Origin: Lingula anatina
Taxonomy: Eukaryota > Animalia > Brachiopoda
DNA: 64,000 nucleotides
Assembly: GCA_051362555.1 (NCBI GenBank)
Contig: CM120640.1
Span: forward strand, 17,298,001 to 17,362,000
Reading direction: 5' to 3'
Part shown: positions 12,055-26,812 of the stretch, piece after piece
Numbering within the stretch: position 1 is the stretch's first letter
Layout of the letters: each line of letters starts with the position of its first letter
The notes under the pieces: generated by a model
Told to the model about the DNA's origin: nothing
Database searches by the model: none
The model's input: only the letters and a program-made list of their open reading frames with translations
Made by a program: the position numbers and the translations under genes

Positions 12055-13015
12055 TAATTAACTAATTAGCTCGTTACTCGAGGAGGCATGTCAGACACTT
12101 AAGTCACTTAGTACTGAATGCACTTAAGCAAGAATCTCTCACAGAGTTGATTGATCAAGCTGTATGAATCTGAACACAGTCGTAGACTTCACATTCATTT
12201 GGTCCAAACAAATTACATGTATGCAAAATATTAAAATAATGTATAACGTACATGAACACACAGACACACATTTTACATAATTTGTTTATGATTCCAAGCA
12301 AATAAACAAGTGACAAATTTTGAATAATAGCATTCATTTACACATTTGATTTGCTCACTGTTAACAATAAAATTATGCTTAAAACATATATGCAATATAT
12401 CACAGCGCAATTGGCATTGAAGCAACAACAACACCTTAATAGAACATAATTATGCAATAAAACAATTTATGTAGATACAGTTGGCCTAAGTTGGCAACTT
12501 TGGTCCCAGCTGGTACAGTTTCAAAACGTTAGGGATCATATTCTACCTACCCTGGCAAAACTGAGTCATGTTTGGAAACCTCCTCACTGACAGATAGCAA
12601 CCAAATATTATCTTCATATTAACACAGTGGGTCTAGTAAAAGAAAAATGGAACAAAAAAAAAAAAAAAAAAAAGAAATCTTTCAGAATGATTTACCAGTC
12701 CAGTCACAAAGTACTGGTAAATATCTACAAGCCTGAGAGACACAGGCTTGTTAATAGGTCTTGTGCACTCACAGCTTCAAAGTACTACGATCCATTTACA
12801 TGTATCCATTTACATGTACATGTAGTAAATAATGGTGGCCATACTATGTTGTCAGGGAGGCAAGCTGCTATTTAAAGAATTTTGAAACATTAGGGTCTCA
12901 TGCTACAACTTAGATTATAGTTAATTATTGTTACTGTTCTCCACTTGCAAAAATCCCAGTACTAAGTAAAAATGCCAGATGTTACTAAATGGCAAACGAC
13001 AGCTAGGTTTACCAT

Positions 13016-16000
13016 TTACGGCTCCAAAAGACTGTTAAGAAATTCCTCATAGGATATTTTTCCATCTAAATTCTTGTCAAACTCTGACATGATATGATAT
13101 ATATCTTCTTCAGAGACATTGAGTCCACAACTTTCCAAAACTCGACGGAATTCGATCACTTCTAGGTATCCACTGTTGTTCAAATCATTCTTCTTGAAAG
13201 CACGGCGCAGGCTCTTCCAATCCAGCAACAGCTGTAATAAAATGTCACATTTCATTACTTTAACTTAAAAACATCAAAATTTTAACATTTGAAATGATCA
13301 TTCAATAAACTGGACTATCCAAACAACTTGATTGTACTGTATAGAGGTTGACAATGATGTATGAAAAATAATAATAAACCAAAAGCTTATTCACAGTAGT
13401 ATATATCTTGCATTGCGAGTACAGAGTAACAGCAAAAACATCCAAATTGTAAAAGATAGCATAGAACTAAATCCTTCAGCTTATTTCTGCTGACAATTGC
13501 CCACCTTTTCTCTGACCCTGTGCAGTGTGGGAACTAAGGTCAGTGTCTCCTCCTCTCCATTCTGTGTGCAAGTGTGGGTTAGAAAGCAAACAGCAACATT
13601 TGAAGTTAGTATAAAAAACTGTGCAGACTATTTAAATACCATGTTTTGTACTGCTAACACATAATTTGTTATTTATTAATTCAAGTGTGATTTGATCAAA
13701 TTAGTATTGGATATTTGCTGTTTTATTTACCCCAAACATTCAATGGGCATATTACATACACATGTACATATATTTTTTGTTTGGTGCAACTTCTATAACC
13801 TTACCAATCTTTAAGTGTAGACCAGACAAAAACTGCCACTCTTAGCCCAAAGTATGGTGACAGTTTCACACAAAACACTTTTTCACACAAAACACAAAGC
13901 CACAGCCATGCAGTCATCTATCATATCATTTAATATATATCTTATCTTCTTTGCCAATGCTGCAGATAAAGCACATTATCACCTGTCACTGTCACAACAT
14001 GCACAGTATCACCAGGTAAAATTTGTAACATGTTGCCCAGAACTTTGAGATTTAAACCATGTCACAAAGCTTTCAGTTTCAACACAGTTTAAACAATGTC
14101 ATAATATACCTTTTGCCTTAGTTTATACATCCTGTTTTTATATGCTGAAGACACTGCTTGCTTCTTTGGTGTTTGTGGCTTTGGTGATTTGACAGCAAAA
14201 GCCTGGAGAAATTTCAGATAATGGAACCTGGAAAATTGTGAACATAAAGGTAAATTCAAATTCTTTTTCAAAAGACATTTTGTAGTAAGTAAAGAAAAAA
14301 GTGTTGGAAGTGGATTTTGATAAACTGATATCTAAGAAACAAATACATACAAAAGTATCACTATGATTTTGAAGGAATATCTGTCACTCCATGATTCCAC
14401 ACCACAGAGTTAATTAAAAGAGAGAGAGAGATCTGTCACTTACTGTCCATCTTTGTTCACATCATACTCCTGGCATAATTCTTTAAGTTCCTCTGCTGTC
14501 AGGTTGAAGCCAAGAGTGTTCATACATTCCTGGAAATTTTGATAAATGAAATAAGGTGACGTTTATCATTATCAACAGGAACATGGTTAAAAGCAAAAAA
14601 AAAAAAAAAAAACTTTATTCGATCACCAGTGTACACATTTATCCCTTATTCAGAATATCATGGCAACTATAAGTCAATTCTCTACCATTAACTTCACTTT
14701 AGTAAACATGGCTATGCTAGGGAATTTTACAGTTAGAAAAATGTCACATGAACCAGGTGCACTGTCACAAAATACAACAAAATACACACAATATACACAA
14801 AATACAACTCCTTCACTCCTGCACCTAGCAAACTGAGAGGTTATGCACTGTCACATTTTGTGCACTGTCATATTTAGTAAACTTTGACACCTTACACACT
14901 GTGACACAAACCACCTCACCCATCCTTACCTTCATTTCAGTACAAGGTACATATGCTGTGCCAACTGTGTCCAAGTTTTTAAAGATGAACTTCAGGTGTT
15001 CCCAGTTGGTCAAAACCTAGAATGAAACATGGGCATGTAATATGGAAATTATCCTAAACTGATAATAATCAAAACAAAGGATTAAAAAGTCTTAGAGATG
15101 CATTATTGTATACAAATATTATGTGAATTTTACAACTTAAGAAAACAACATTAAAGCAAATTTAGTTGTCTATAAAAGCTAGAATATCATTTGTCATATC
15201 CATTTTACTCATAGTCAAAGATTGTCTTTATTCTTCTCCTTTTTGCATGTACAGAAAGAACTATATAAATATAAGTCCGAAAAAAGATATGATTTCCTAT
15301 TCAAGAAAAATGACATCCCAAGCTTACATCTGATTTGATCTTATTCATGAGTCCTTCCTTGCCTCCTGAATGTAGCTCAGTGGCAGCATTCTCTCTGGGC
15401 AGGAGAGTATCTAGCTTATTGTCACGCTCTTTTTGCTTCCTTTCTGCCTCAGCAGGAGTCAATTGGGAGGCTTTGCTTACTAAAATTATATAGAAGTTAC
15501 ACTTTCAAAAATCTGCTCATTTAAAATCTGAGCAGAAATGGAAAAAGGAAATTGGAGTAAAATATAGATTAAGTCTATTGTTGCAGTTGCATTCTAGCCA
15601 TGTCAATTCAATTAGAATTCAACTAGTGGTGAAGAATATTTTAACAAGTATCTCTGTGATTTTAGTTTTGAAAAAGGGTGGAAGCAAAATATGAGTACCT
15701 GGTGGTAAAGGTGTTCTACTTTCAGACTTCTCTGGAGATTTTACTAGACCATTTACTTTGACAAATTGTGCCATGAATTTACTCCATGTAGTGAGGTGAT
15801 CCTCAAATAGTGGAATATCTTTCCATACCAGGTCTACCTCTTCTGGTCCAAATCCCAAGAATCTGAATAAAGATACAGGAATAAAAAGCAAATCCTGCCA
15901 AGTCATGATTGAAAATTACACCTATCATTTGCTTGTATGGTGTTAATACCAGAAATCTTAAATTGTTTAATACAACTAGAATTAAGAGTTGCCTAAATAT

Positions 16001-16704
16001 AAAAAGAGAAAACTATCCTCTTGACTTTAAAGTAAGGCAAACCATGAATATGCATGAATATACAATTTAGTGCACAAGTAGAGACAGCTATTTATGGACT
16101 TTAAATTTTTCAATTGATGTCTTACTATTTTCACTTTTAATCAAAAGAAAATGTTTAAATTTTACACTTACTCCTTCAAGATGGCCCCCATCTGTTCTTT
16201 ACTCAGTCTCCCTGTCTGTCTTCTGTCCATTTTTTTGTACAACTTTAAAAGCAAAAGTGTGAAAACACAGGTAAGTGAATCAGAAATGCAGACTCCGTTA
16301 AATTAATGTTTAAATGGTAAGCGCATAAAATGGTTGGGTATAATTTTCAAAACTAACAATGTTTTTTTTCTAGTTTTAGATTCTTCTGGGTTTGTGAAGG
16401 AACTTCACCTAACTTACCTTGTCAACTGCATGGAATTTTTCTTTTAACAGCTGCTTGATTTTTTTATTTAACTGTATGAAAATGAAAAAGAAGCAGATTT
16501 TAAAATAAAGTCATTGCATTAGAAAACATTCAATACTACAATCAATGATCTTTTTTAGATAATCCATTTTGTATCAAAGAACACCTGGTTTTCATGCTTG
16601 AAGTGAGATTTTTTGGGACAAACTCACAACTTCTTGCAGATTGTGGTTCACCATATTTGTGTTTTATGCAAACTAAACATTAAATTTTCTCTGCCTGTGC
16701 CAAA

Positions 16705-16766
<62 letters not shown>

Positions 16767-19700
16767 AAAAGTTTCATCACCAGCACTCTCAGAAGTTCGG
16801 CTCTTTATTTCTTTTCAGTCTTGCTAATAAAAGCTAACCTCTTCCTTTCTTGTAGACCCTTTCTTAATATCTGCCACCTCTTCCCTCTCCTTGGCTTCTC
16901 TGAGCTGCTGTACTTCAGGAGGAGTTCTCATATCAGACACTTTCCTCTCAAGGAAACCTCCCACCGTCTTCTGGTTCCAACCACCTGGGGTACTGGATTG
17001 TATGCAATGGAATGAAAATTGAAGAATGATTTGTATATAATATGTGAAAGTTTTATCGTTAGAGAGACCAGAAAAGATGAAGTTTATTTCTGCTTAATGC
17101 AGCTATATTACTTTGATGCATTACAACTCCCCCTTGAAGATAAATTTTAAAGACAACACATTTATGAATGCCACAACTTTTTGGCTAAAGATCCAAAGCT
17201 TTATTTTGGAAATTAAATATATCCCAAAGAAAAGTGGCTAAAAACACAATTCCTTATCCCACAAAGCTACTAATCAAACAGAAACCCCATAACTAACCTG
17301 CAAGCGAACTGTTCCAGAAATGTATTGTATGGGATCAAACCATCTGCATCTTGGCCTACTTCAGCTTTCAATTTCTGCCACTCCCCATCTGATAGCGTCC
17401 TTTTTAGCACTTTCTGAATGGCATCCCTAAACTCATACTGTGGAATAACACCCAACTCATACCTATCTGCTCCCCTAAATACACCAAAGCAAGGTAAATT
17501 TCATTTTTATCGACTTGGCATTTTCTTTCAATGTCAAAAAAAGCTAACTTTTTTCTAGCACCATATCTTGTTTAAACATTTGTTTCTACAGTCATGAAAA
17601 ATCATGTTTGAGCAGTATGAAAGTTGTAATCAATACCTGAGGGACCCTATCAATGCCAGGAAGTCTTTGTGTAGGAACTCAACCAATCTGGCTTCCAGGT
17701 CTTCAGCCGTCATGTCCTCAGTGAGGGGAGGCAGGGCAGATCTGCTGAACCTGAAACAAAGATGATGCAACACTGTGATTAATATGATGTCTGTAACTGC
17801 ATGCTTGTTAGTTTATATGTGTTTTTACTTTGTCAGTCTGTCAAATATTATTATTTGACTTCATTATTGTGATTTGAGTGACAGTGTGTTAGGTTTTAAA
17901 TGCTAAGTGTGGGGATGCTTTAGTTGTGACAGTGTGTTATGTGTGAAATACTAAATGTTAAAGTGAGGAATTCTTCAGTTATGACACATGAAATGGCCCT
18001 GAATTGTACTTACACATGGAAGGAATCATTGACCACTCTGGACAGCAAGCTTTGATTTGATTTGTTCATATATTTCAACAGCAGTTCATTATAGTTTAGC
18101 TGACCCTGCATGGTTCGGACATGACATCTTTAAAGAAAACAGATGTGTGGTTAGTGCACATGAAGAGTTATCAGGAATGGTGCATCTGAAAGGTTTACAG
18201 TCATGAAATGATAACAGTATTTTTTTTTTTAATGATTAAAAAGATGCAGTGTAGGAACCACTACACTGTAACACTCAATACAATCACAACAAATATATGA
18301 ACAATATACTATATGTATATATATATTTATACCACTGTTGACAATCTATCATTACAAATACTGTTATAGCTAATAGCCATGGGTAACCCACTGTCACATC
18401 TAACAAGCTGTACAACTAACACAATGAAATCTGCTTGTGGCATTTAAATGCATATACCTGGCCAGGAAGCTTTCTAGCTCAATGGAAGATATAGGAAAGC
18501 CAAATGCATGCAGAACTTTTTTCAGGTCTATACGTGCTATGTGACCATCACCAAGGAAATCAAACAGTCTGCATCCCAGCAATAGGGAGGTGTAGTTTTG
18601 CTCAAACTGGAAAATGAGATATATACTTCATGGTCACACAATAATATATCATCTTTTACTACTTCATTTGTTTAAAAAATATTTTAGCATAATTCTGTTG
18701 CTGACTTAGATTTAAGATCATTACACTGTAATTTAAATTGCGTTTTATGTAACTTATACATTGCAGGGTTTTCATCAAAATTTGGTTTATCTAAGTCCTG
18801 ACTGAAAAATGCATATGGCAAACAAGTCACTGAGTGTTACTACTGGTATATCAAAAAGTGATGTCACTTTTATTGCATATGGGCCTTCAAAAAGTTACAC
18901 TAACATTTTAACCATCCAAAAGATAAAATTAAATCAACCTGATAATGCAGACAATCCACAACACTCTCAAGTTTTGGTGTTTCCCTCCTTTTGTTGACGA
19001 CAGTCTTTATTTTCCTCTCAGCTGTCTCCTTTCTCCTGGCCCTGTCTTTCTCATATGCCTGCTGATCTAACACCTCCTCTTTAGGATCAGAAGCACCTTG
19101 TCTCATCTTTGGTCCATCATCTACACCAATCACTTTCTTGAAATTGGACAGTTTGATCCCACCAGTGCCTTCTAAATTAAGTCTAATATAAAAAGTAATT
19201 GATTCAAATTCACAAATATGAAAGGCACTTCCTGTACATTCAAAATAATCATTGGAAAAAAAAACAGCATGTGATGTATTGCCATCCTGAAGTAGCTTTA
19301 ATCACAACAACATGAAATAATCCCTTTGTTTTTTTTTAATGTGATTTTCTTACAATAGATAACTTTCTTTACTGTAGAAATAGAACATTCAACCATAAAA
19401 AATGTAAGGGATAGATTTATGTGCACTCATGAACTGTTTGTAAGTTCTATGCCTGAATGATTTTTCAAATACTTCGGAACTATCCAAACTGCATTAGCAA
19501 CCAACTACATCAATGCAGTCCATTACTTCACTTTTCAAATTTACTTTCTAGAGACAAAAATCAATAGCTAGTCCATTTTCATTTAACCTGAGTAGTGAGA
19601 AGTGAATCAATCTCTACGCTTCAGTACTCTATGTGATTACACTTTAACTTTCAGCTTTATGCACCATGCAAATTCTCATAATTAATCAAAATGGTCTTGT

Positions 19701-22700
19701 CAAACAACCTGTAACTGGAAGGAACACTCCAAAAAGGATATTTGAATGACACATCCTTTTATCAGGTCAATAATATGCAAATAATACACCACATGTTATT
19801 AATGGATCTTTAAACACAGTGACCAACCATAAGCAAAACTGATAAGATCTATCAATGAAAATCACTGCAAGGTTTTGGGCTTAAAGAAATAAAAAAATTA
19901 AGTATATATTACAAGAGAGATGGGGAACCACATATATCAAGGATGCCCCAAACTTCAATCATGGTATTGACTGTTGCAGATGACTGGCTTTTTTCTTTTT
20001 ATTGTATCTTACCTATCCCATAATTTCTTGAACTCATCATCAAAAAATCTCATGCCCAGGGCAGCCATGGCCTCTCTTAGCTGTGGTGGCACTATAATCC
20101 CACGGGGTTCAAAGCATGCAGGAGGCAGAATACGAGACAAATTGAGCTTCCTGTAAGCCAAAGATTTTTCAATATCTTAGCACAAGTACTGAAACAACAG
20201 TGATTAATCACTTGGTTTTTCATTATCAAACAACTCCATTGCAAGTTGCAAAATCATTTCATGATTATTCATTTCTAAAAAAAGTGTGTTTAAATTACAC
20301 TGGTAGATCCTGGATTTTGATAAGTGATAGAATATTGTTCTTGTCTTGCTTTGTTTAGCACACATGTAATGAAAAACTACATGTAGTATGTTTTAGGCTA
20401 TGGGTGTGTTTAGACAAAAACTCCAAAATTTCTGTCTACATGTTTTGGATAACAGATGAATCTTCAGTGTTCACTTACTAAATTCCTTTGTATTTACACA
20501 AATGTTATTTTACCATTGATGTCATAATTGCAACTTTGGGATTTAAAAATGCAAAATCGGTTTATCAAATTTCTACTTTACCTGAGCATTCACGAAGACT
20601 AGCTGTTTCAAAGCCAATTTAATGACACCACTGAGTACTTAAAATCCCTGTGAGGGATTTTTCTTAAAAGTCTTCGTCAGAATTTATTGTTTAAAAAGGC
20701 AAAATAATACCTTTGTTCAATGAATCATTGTAATTAAGGTCTCATAATTCCATGACAAAAAACTTTCAAACCAAAATGACGGCATGGGATTGAAGCCCAT
20801 ACCTTTGTTGGCAACTATGCCAAATTTTGTGATAAGATCTCGTTGAGGGATGAAGTTACACCCTATACCAATTTGCTATCTCACCTCAAAATGGAAAGCT
20901 GTTAAAGTAATGAAAAATGCTTTGAGGTCTTTATGTTTATGCTTAGCAATTAGAAATATAAACTATTTAGTGTTTTTAATTAGAAAAATGGTAGATGTAT
21001 TGCTAAATAATTAGATGCACAAAAAATCATTTTTGGTATTTTGATGGTCGTAAAACCTGAAACCAAAAGGAGAGATAGAGAGAGAGAGAGGAGGGCATGT
21101 CCTCTCTATTCCCCCTCTTGGTTCCACTTATGCAATTATGAACACATTAATGTACATTTTAATAAACCAAATCAAATTTGAAAGCCAAAACCATGAATTA
21201 AATTTTGAAAAAAATTATTTATTTGATTTTGAAAATTACCATATTCCTTAAAGTGACAATTTTTCCTTACCCCATTTTGGCTTTCTCTCTCAGAATCATC
21301 ATGCAGTGTGCTGCTGTGGAGAACTCGTTGTTTTGATGAATACTGGTACTTAACAAATTAACAGAAGTGTGGCCTCTAGGTCCCAAAGTTATTATCTCTT
21401 TCTGGTGTGCAGGGGCCAACCATTCTCTCTGCACAGTCTGAAAGAGGGCAATTATTATTATTTTTTTTTTTTTGGGGGGGGGTTCTATAGATATGCTACA
21501 CAGTCTGTTTTAGCTTAGATTTATTTTTATTGAAACTGAATGTAACTGCAGCCAAATTCTAAACCTTCTTAAAGGATGACTTACAAAAGGAAAAAAAACA
21601 CTCATTCACTCTGCAGAAATTTTGAACTGGATTAAAGATAAATCTGCATAACCATAGAATTAATGAACAGATAATTTTGGATTCCTGATTTATCGTGGTA
21701 TAAGTAATTAATCAAAAGCATTTACCTCATTGTCCTTGAAACATGAGATAAAATCATCAAATGAAATAGACTTTTTGTGCCCTAGACCCAATCTGGAAAA
21801 AAGGGGATATTTGAAGTAATAATCAATAAAAAAAGATAAAAGACATTCTCCAGTTAATTTTTCTCTTGTAACTCAATGCAAAAATCTTTACAAAACAATG
21901 AAAAGAAAACACATAAAATTTTACACTTGGGCAATGATCCTTGCAGACATATTGCAAATTAAAACAGCAGCGTTCTTCATATTATCTGTTTTTTGAAAGT
22001 AAAGTTCATAAAATATTTAGATCTTTTTTTTGCTGGTAAAAAAGTTTTGTTCATGTGACAATTGGGACCTTCCATCTGGGAGAAGGAAAACACACCAACA
22101 ATAAAATCAGAAATTGCATTTCCAACTTCCAGTTTGAAAAACTCCAGCCCAATCAATTCCCCAGCAGACACGGTTCAGGAAGTCACATAGAACACGTCAT
22201 ACACATTAGCAATTGATTTCCCAACATAGCAACATATAAACACCCCATGCTGGGTTGGCAAGAAACTGAGACTGAGTCAGAAACAGAACTTTGTACACAT
22301 TTCCTCTAACACTGCCCCAAGGTTTCTTTTGTGGGATAACAATATGTTAAGCTGGTTTCCATATAACGATCATTCAATCTATTCAAGCAATCTGCAGATC
22401 CTAAGTACATTTGGCAATCAAGGGATTTGTATATAAAATCAATAAAATGTTTGATTTAACTATTTCATTTAGAGTCCCCATAATTGGTACCATTTAAATC
22501 ACAGAATATAAAAAATATAATACAGATGACAGCAAAAAAAAAAAATTATAAAGTTATCTCAAACCCTCAGTCCATATTCTTAAGTCTAAATATCAAAACT
22601 TGGGAATGAAATAATTCATGTCACATGTTCCATATAGATTTTCTCAGCATTCTCAAATATTACTTAACTCATTACTCAAAACATCCAGACCCATGTGCAT

Positions 22701-23123
22701 TAAAATCTGTAAACCAAACATTAAACCATCAAGAATATTTCACAGCCTTTACCTACCTTTTCAACACTTTTGGAAATTGCTCTTGTTGTAGGTGCCCACA
22801 TAGTATCAACAGGATTCTGTACAAAGCCTCCCTGAATGGAAAGTTGTAAATATATATTTTTATAAATGATTAAGATAAAGACTGGTGAGTTCACTTTTCA
22901 CAAACAAATATTTGATATCATTGAAAATTCATGCAAAAGTTAGGCACTTCAATAAATATATAAACTGTTCCTGTTACTCTGTCAATTAAATGCATCCTGG
23001 ATTTTTCAAGAACTTTACAAAAAATTAAAAACAATTATTTTCCTTTATCTGCACACTTACTGTGGCTTATGTGTTATCAACATTATAGAGGTCAACATCT
23101 TCCTCTTGTCCAAACAAGTGCGT

Positions 23124-23159
<36 letters not shown>

Positions 23160-24793
23160 GCACACGCGCATGCACAATGATCTTACCTGGAGACAACTCC
23201 CTGTCCTGTAGGGTCATTTGATTTAAAGAGATGCCTTAATGCGTGAAACCCTGTCTTCAGTTTTTCATTGATAAGGTCTTTTACCTAAAAATATAGATTA
23301 CATAGATTACAGATGCGTTACTGTGAGAGACCCTGTCTTTTCTTTCTCATCTCTCTGTATACTTCAATATATATTATATATGAATATGAACACTTTTTGA
23401 TTAATGTTTTTGGTAAATGTACATGTTTCTTTTACATAACTTATAACATTTAAACTGCTTCAGTATTATTAAAAGAAAAATTTTTGGGGGGGAGATATTA
23501 ATGCATGGGAAAACAGGGGCAGATTGAGTAATTTCCTTCTTTTATTTACTTACTGTGATTTGTTGAAAACAGAGGCAGATTGAGGCTGTCTTCTGGGTCT
23601 TCAGGAAGACATTCAGATTTTCAAGTTTACATTGATATGTATCTAATTTTTTCTGTCAGAATACAGTCAAAAATAGAGAATAGATCAACAAAGATTATTT
23701 GGAAGACTGTCAGAAAATATCTATGGATCCACCCCTGCAGAAAATGCATTATAATTTGCTAATAATTAGCTGCAGCACCTTAAAGCTGACATCTATATTA
23801 ATTGTCTTAGAAGTGACATTTACCTCTTCAGAACCATCTTTGTTTTTTCGTTGAAAACTGTCTTCCGATTCTTCTACTTTTGATTCCCCACCTGGGATAA
23901 AAGATTAACATGAAGCTAATTTACAAGGTTGTTATAAACATTTTATGGAGGATACATATAAAGTCTGAGTAATTTCCTTCTTTTATTTACTTACTGTGAT
24001 TTGTTGAAAACAGGGGCAGATTGAGGCCGTCTTCTGGGTCTTCAGGAAGACGTTCAGATTTTCAAGTTTACATTGATAGGTATCTAATTTTTTTAACGTG
24101 AAGGCATTATTAGAATCTGTCTTAATTTTTTCTTTGCATTTCCTCTTTTGAGAAAAAAAATGAGAAAGATCGCGAAAAGTTCTGGTATGTCCATTTACTT
24201 TTTAAAAGTAAATGCCCCCCTTCCCCACTTGCCCCCCTTCCCCACCTCAAACACATAAATGGACACATATGAAAGATTTAAAACGACAATGTTTAATTTC
24301 AATAAATTAATAAAATCACTTGTCTATGCTTCAAACAGTTTAAAAGAAGGGGGAAAAGCTAAATTTTAAGTTACTAAATCTTCTATAAAATATTTAATTC
24401 AAGTAAATATATAAGATACAGTATAGTAATATTCCGTAAAATACTAGTATCTGAAATATTAGCTAAAACTTATTAAATCTGTGTTCGTACAAACATAAAA
24501 GAAAATGCCTTTATCTGTATTAATTTCAAGAGATAATCATAAAACAGCTGCAGTAACCCACCAGGCGGCCAAGACATCACTCTGTGGTGCTTCCTTGGTT
24601 TCTCAGTCGTCCTCAAAGGCATGCTTGGAAGAGTGGCGTGCCTCGAAAGCGCATGAGGGTGTCTAGGGCTTTGCCGTGAAGAGCCTCGGACAGTGAGCTC
24701 GTTGTTGTCAAGCCTTGACGCAGGATGCGAAATCACAGGCAGGGTGGACCGTCTCGGTCCCATTGCGGGCCGCGACTGTGTCTCCAAAGCCAT
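13016..24793 (-). CDS. EF-hand calcium-binding domain-containing protein 6-like (about 20 exons)
   Basis: Putative start MALETQSRP at 24793. Exons encode repeated EF-hand units: LFKSNDPTGQGVVSR (~23187-23284), LFDFLGDGHIARIDLKKVL (~18458-18607), VGQDADGLIPYNTFL (~17300-17470), IFKNLDTVGTAYVP (~14930-15016), YDVNKDGQ (~14445-14530). The last exon (13016-13232) is WKSLRRAFKKNDLNNSGYL..EFDKNLDGKISYEEFL, which resembles the EFCAB6 C-terminus. Confidence 0.8.
16702..16763. repeat. poly-A followed by (AT)n microsatellite
   Basis: A run of ~21 followed by ~20 TA units. Confidence 0.9.
23123..23175. repeat. (CA)n microsatellite
   Basis: About 16 CA units. Confidence 0.9.
23570..23737. mobile_element. 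~168-bp CAGGGG-type MITE copy (same family as 33583-33750); partial copy at 24011-24095
   Basis: Sequence is collinear with the 33583 copy (gtcttctgggtcttc.ggaagac..tcagattttcaagtttacattga...ggaagactgtcagaaaata) and ends in ggatccacccctg. Confidence 0.85.
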
Positions 24794-25023
24794 GTTTTGA
24801 ACAAAATGTTCAGGAGTTACTTGCTTTTTCCAATCACGATGAACTTCCAGTCGGCGCAAAGCTGCCGTCCAGCTCTTGTGCGAAACTTAAGTGATCTCTC
24901 ATTAAATATTAATTCCTCGGATCCCTAACGCGATTTTGATTGCACACGCATTAGCTGCTTTGTAAAGGGAAGTCTACAATTGGGAACAATTATCCGCTAA
25001 TTCAATAGTCCACAACTTATCGA

Positions 25024-25222
25024 CACGTGAAAGCCACTTGGAAACTGCAAACACAAAGGTCACGTGAACAAATAAGGTCAGGGGTCATGTCGAGCTTGTT
25101 GGCAAATATTGCTTTAAACTTTCGGGGGTCATGCATATTTATTGTGTCACTTGAAATGGAACTGCATTTAATGTGCTAAAGAATGAAACGAACACAGCGC
25201 ACTTGTTAAATAAATTCACGTG
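25024..25222. promoter_or_regulatory. Three CACGTG E-boxes upstream of the EFCAB6-like start
   Basis: CACGTG at 25024, 25061 (in GGTCACGTGA) and 25217, in a locally CpG-richer region 230-430 bp upstream of the putative ATG. Confidence 0.4.
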
Positions 25223-26599
25223 TCAGTTTTAGAATACGACAAACGACGTTTTTTAAGTTGTGATTTGCATAGGTAAATGTACATGTACAGGTACTTACAT
25301 TAAGGTACACTAAGGAATAAAAGGATAACTCCTTGGTAACATGTACATTTTAGCTTGAGGACTAAGAGGCAACTTGTCCATGTTTGATTAGCCTAGATGT
25401 AAGAGTTATGAAACGCACACAATGCACCAGTTTAACAACTTGTGTTTTTTTTTTATCTTCAGAGGTCTTTTATTGGAGAAAACCTAATTTCAAACCGAAA
25501 CAAAATGCTTTATCAAGTAATTCTTTCATGGTGTAAAGTAACATGAGTATGCATGGATTGGTACACTAATACAGAATTTTGGAAACAAAACTTAATGCTG
25601 ATCTTTTCAGTGATATACCTGTATACACAGTAAGATCTTGACTTAACAACAAATACATTGAAAATAACAAAATAAAACAAAAAATATTCTTCGAATGAAA
25701 GAACATAAAATGAATTTTAAAAAATGTCAAGTTATATAGAAGGGCTGTTTATTTAATAGAAAACAATCAAGTACAGTGACATTTTAAAATAAACACATTG
25801 AACCAAATTGAAAAAGAACACTTGTTTTCCAAAACTTATAAAGATTTTCAAAAATGTAGAAACATGTTTAAGGATAAAACATTTTTTCACAGCCTTATAA
25901 CAATAATAACTCGCACTGAATACCTACTAGTAGAAATTAAGTTACCAGAAGACTTCGATTGCCGTTTCCAGTGGCAGACACTTCAACAACAGCTCCTAAA
26001 GAAAGAGCTGCTGTAATAACAAATCACATTCTACCTTGACATCAAAATCTAATTAAATAATAATAATAATAATAAATTTAAAAAAAGAATTGGGGGAAGA
26101 TTTACGAGGAAGGGGGACAGGGATGGATCCACTCATTGACATCTTTTTTTTTATCAGTTTTTAACAGTCCAGCTACATAATTATGACATAACATACCTCT
26201 GCATGCTTACATTAACAAGATATCAACTTTATAGATAAATTTCTCAAAAATAATTATAAAAGAGAATTGCATAACAGGTTAAATGCAAGATATCCATGAT
26301 CGATTCGATTATTCATATATATATATATATACATAACCAGACCCTTAAAGACTCAGTTTCAAAAGTTGATTAATGATATGCTTGGGATATACTTAGCTAT
26401 AATATGAGGGCAACTTCAGAAAATCCATGTTGTTTAAAAAAACAAAAAACTTTGGGGGTAGTTTTAGGTCTTAAATGCAATATAAAACTTCAATAAACCA
26501 ATTCTCATTTTTGGTCACTATGCACACATTTTGTTTCTTTTTTTCTTTTTTTTTTTTTAATAGCCCCTTTCGCAGATATCTTCAACTGGTCGACTTCAG

Positions 26600-26812
26600 T
26601 AAGGATGCATTCCCAGAGATTTAGATTTAGATCGACCTAATTCCCTGGGGGTTCATGCTAAATTGAAGTCAGCTGAGTGCGCACCATAGTTAATTACCCC
26701 CTTACAGCTTTAAGTAGGCGGGACAGACGCTTAAGCCGGCTAAGCTGACAGTAATCTACTGAGATTCCCCACAGGGATAGATCGATCTAAAATCTATGGG
26801 AATGGGGTCTTA
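26600..26812. mobile_element. Degenerate MITE with imperfect ~45-bp inverted termini
   Basis: Left taaggatgcattcccagagatttag..atcgaccta..ccctggggg matches the reverse complement of right ccccacagggatagatcgatctaaaatctatgggaatggggtctta. Confidence 0.6.
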
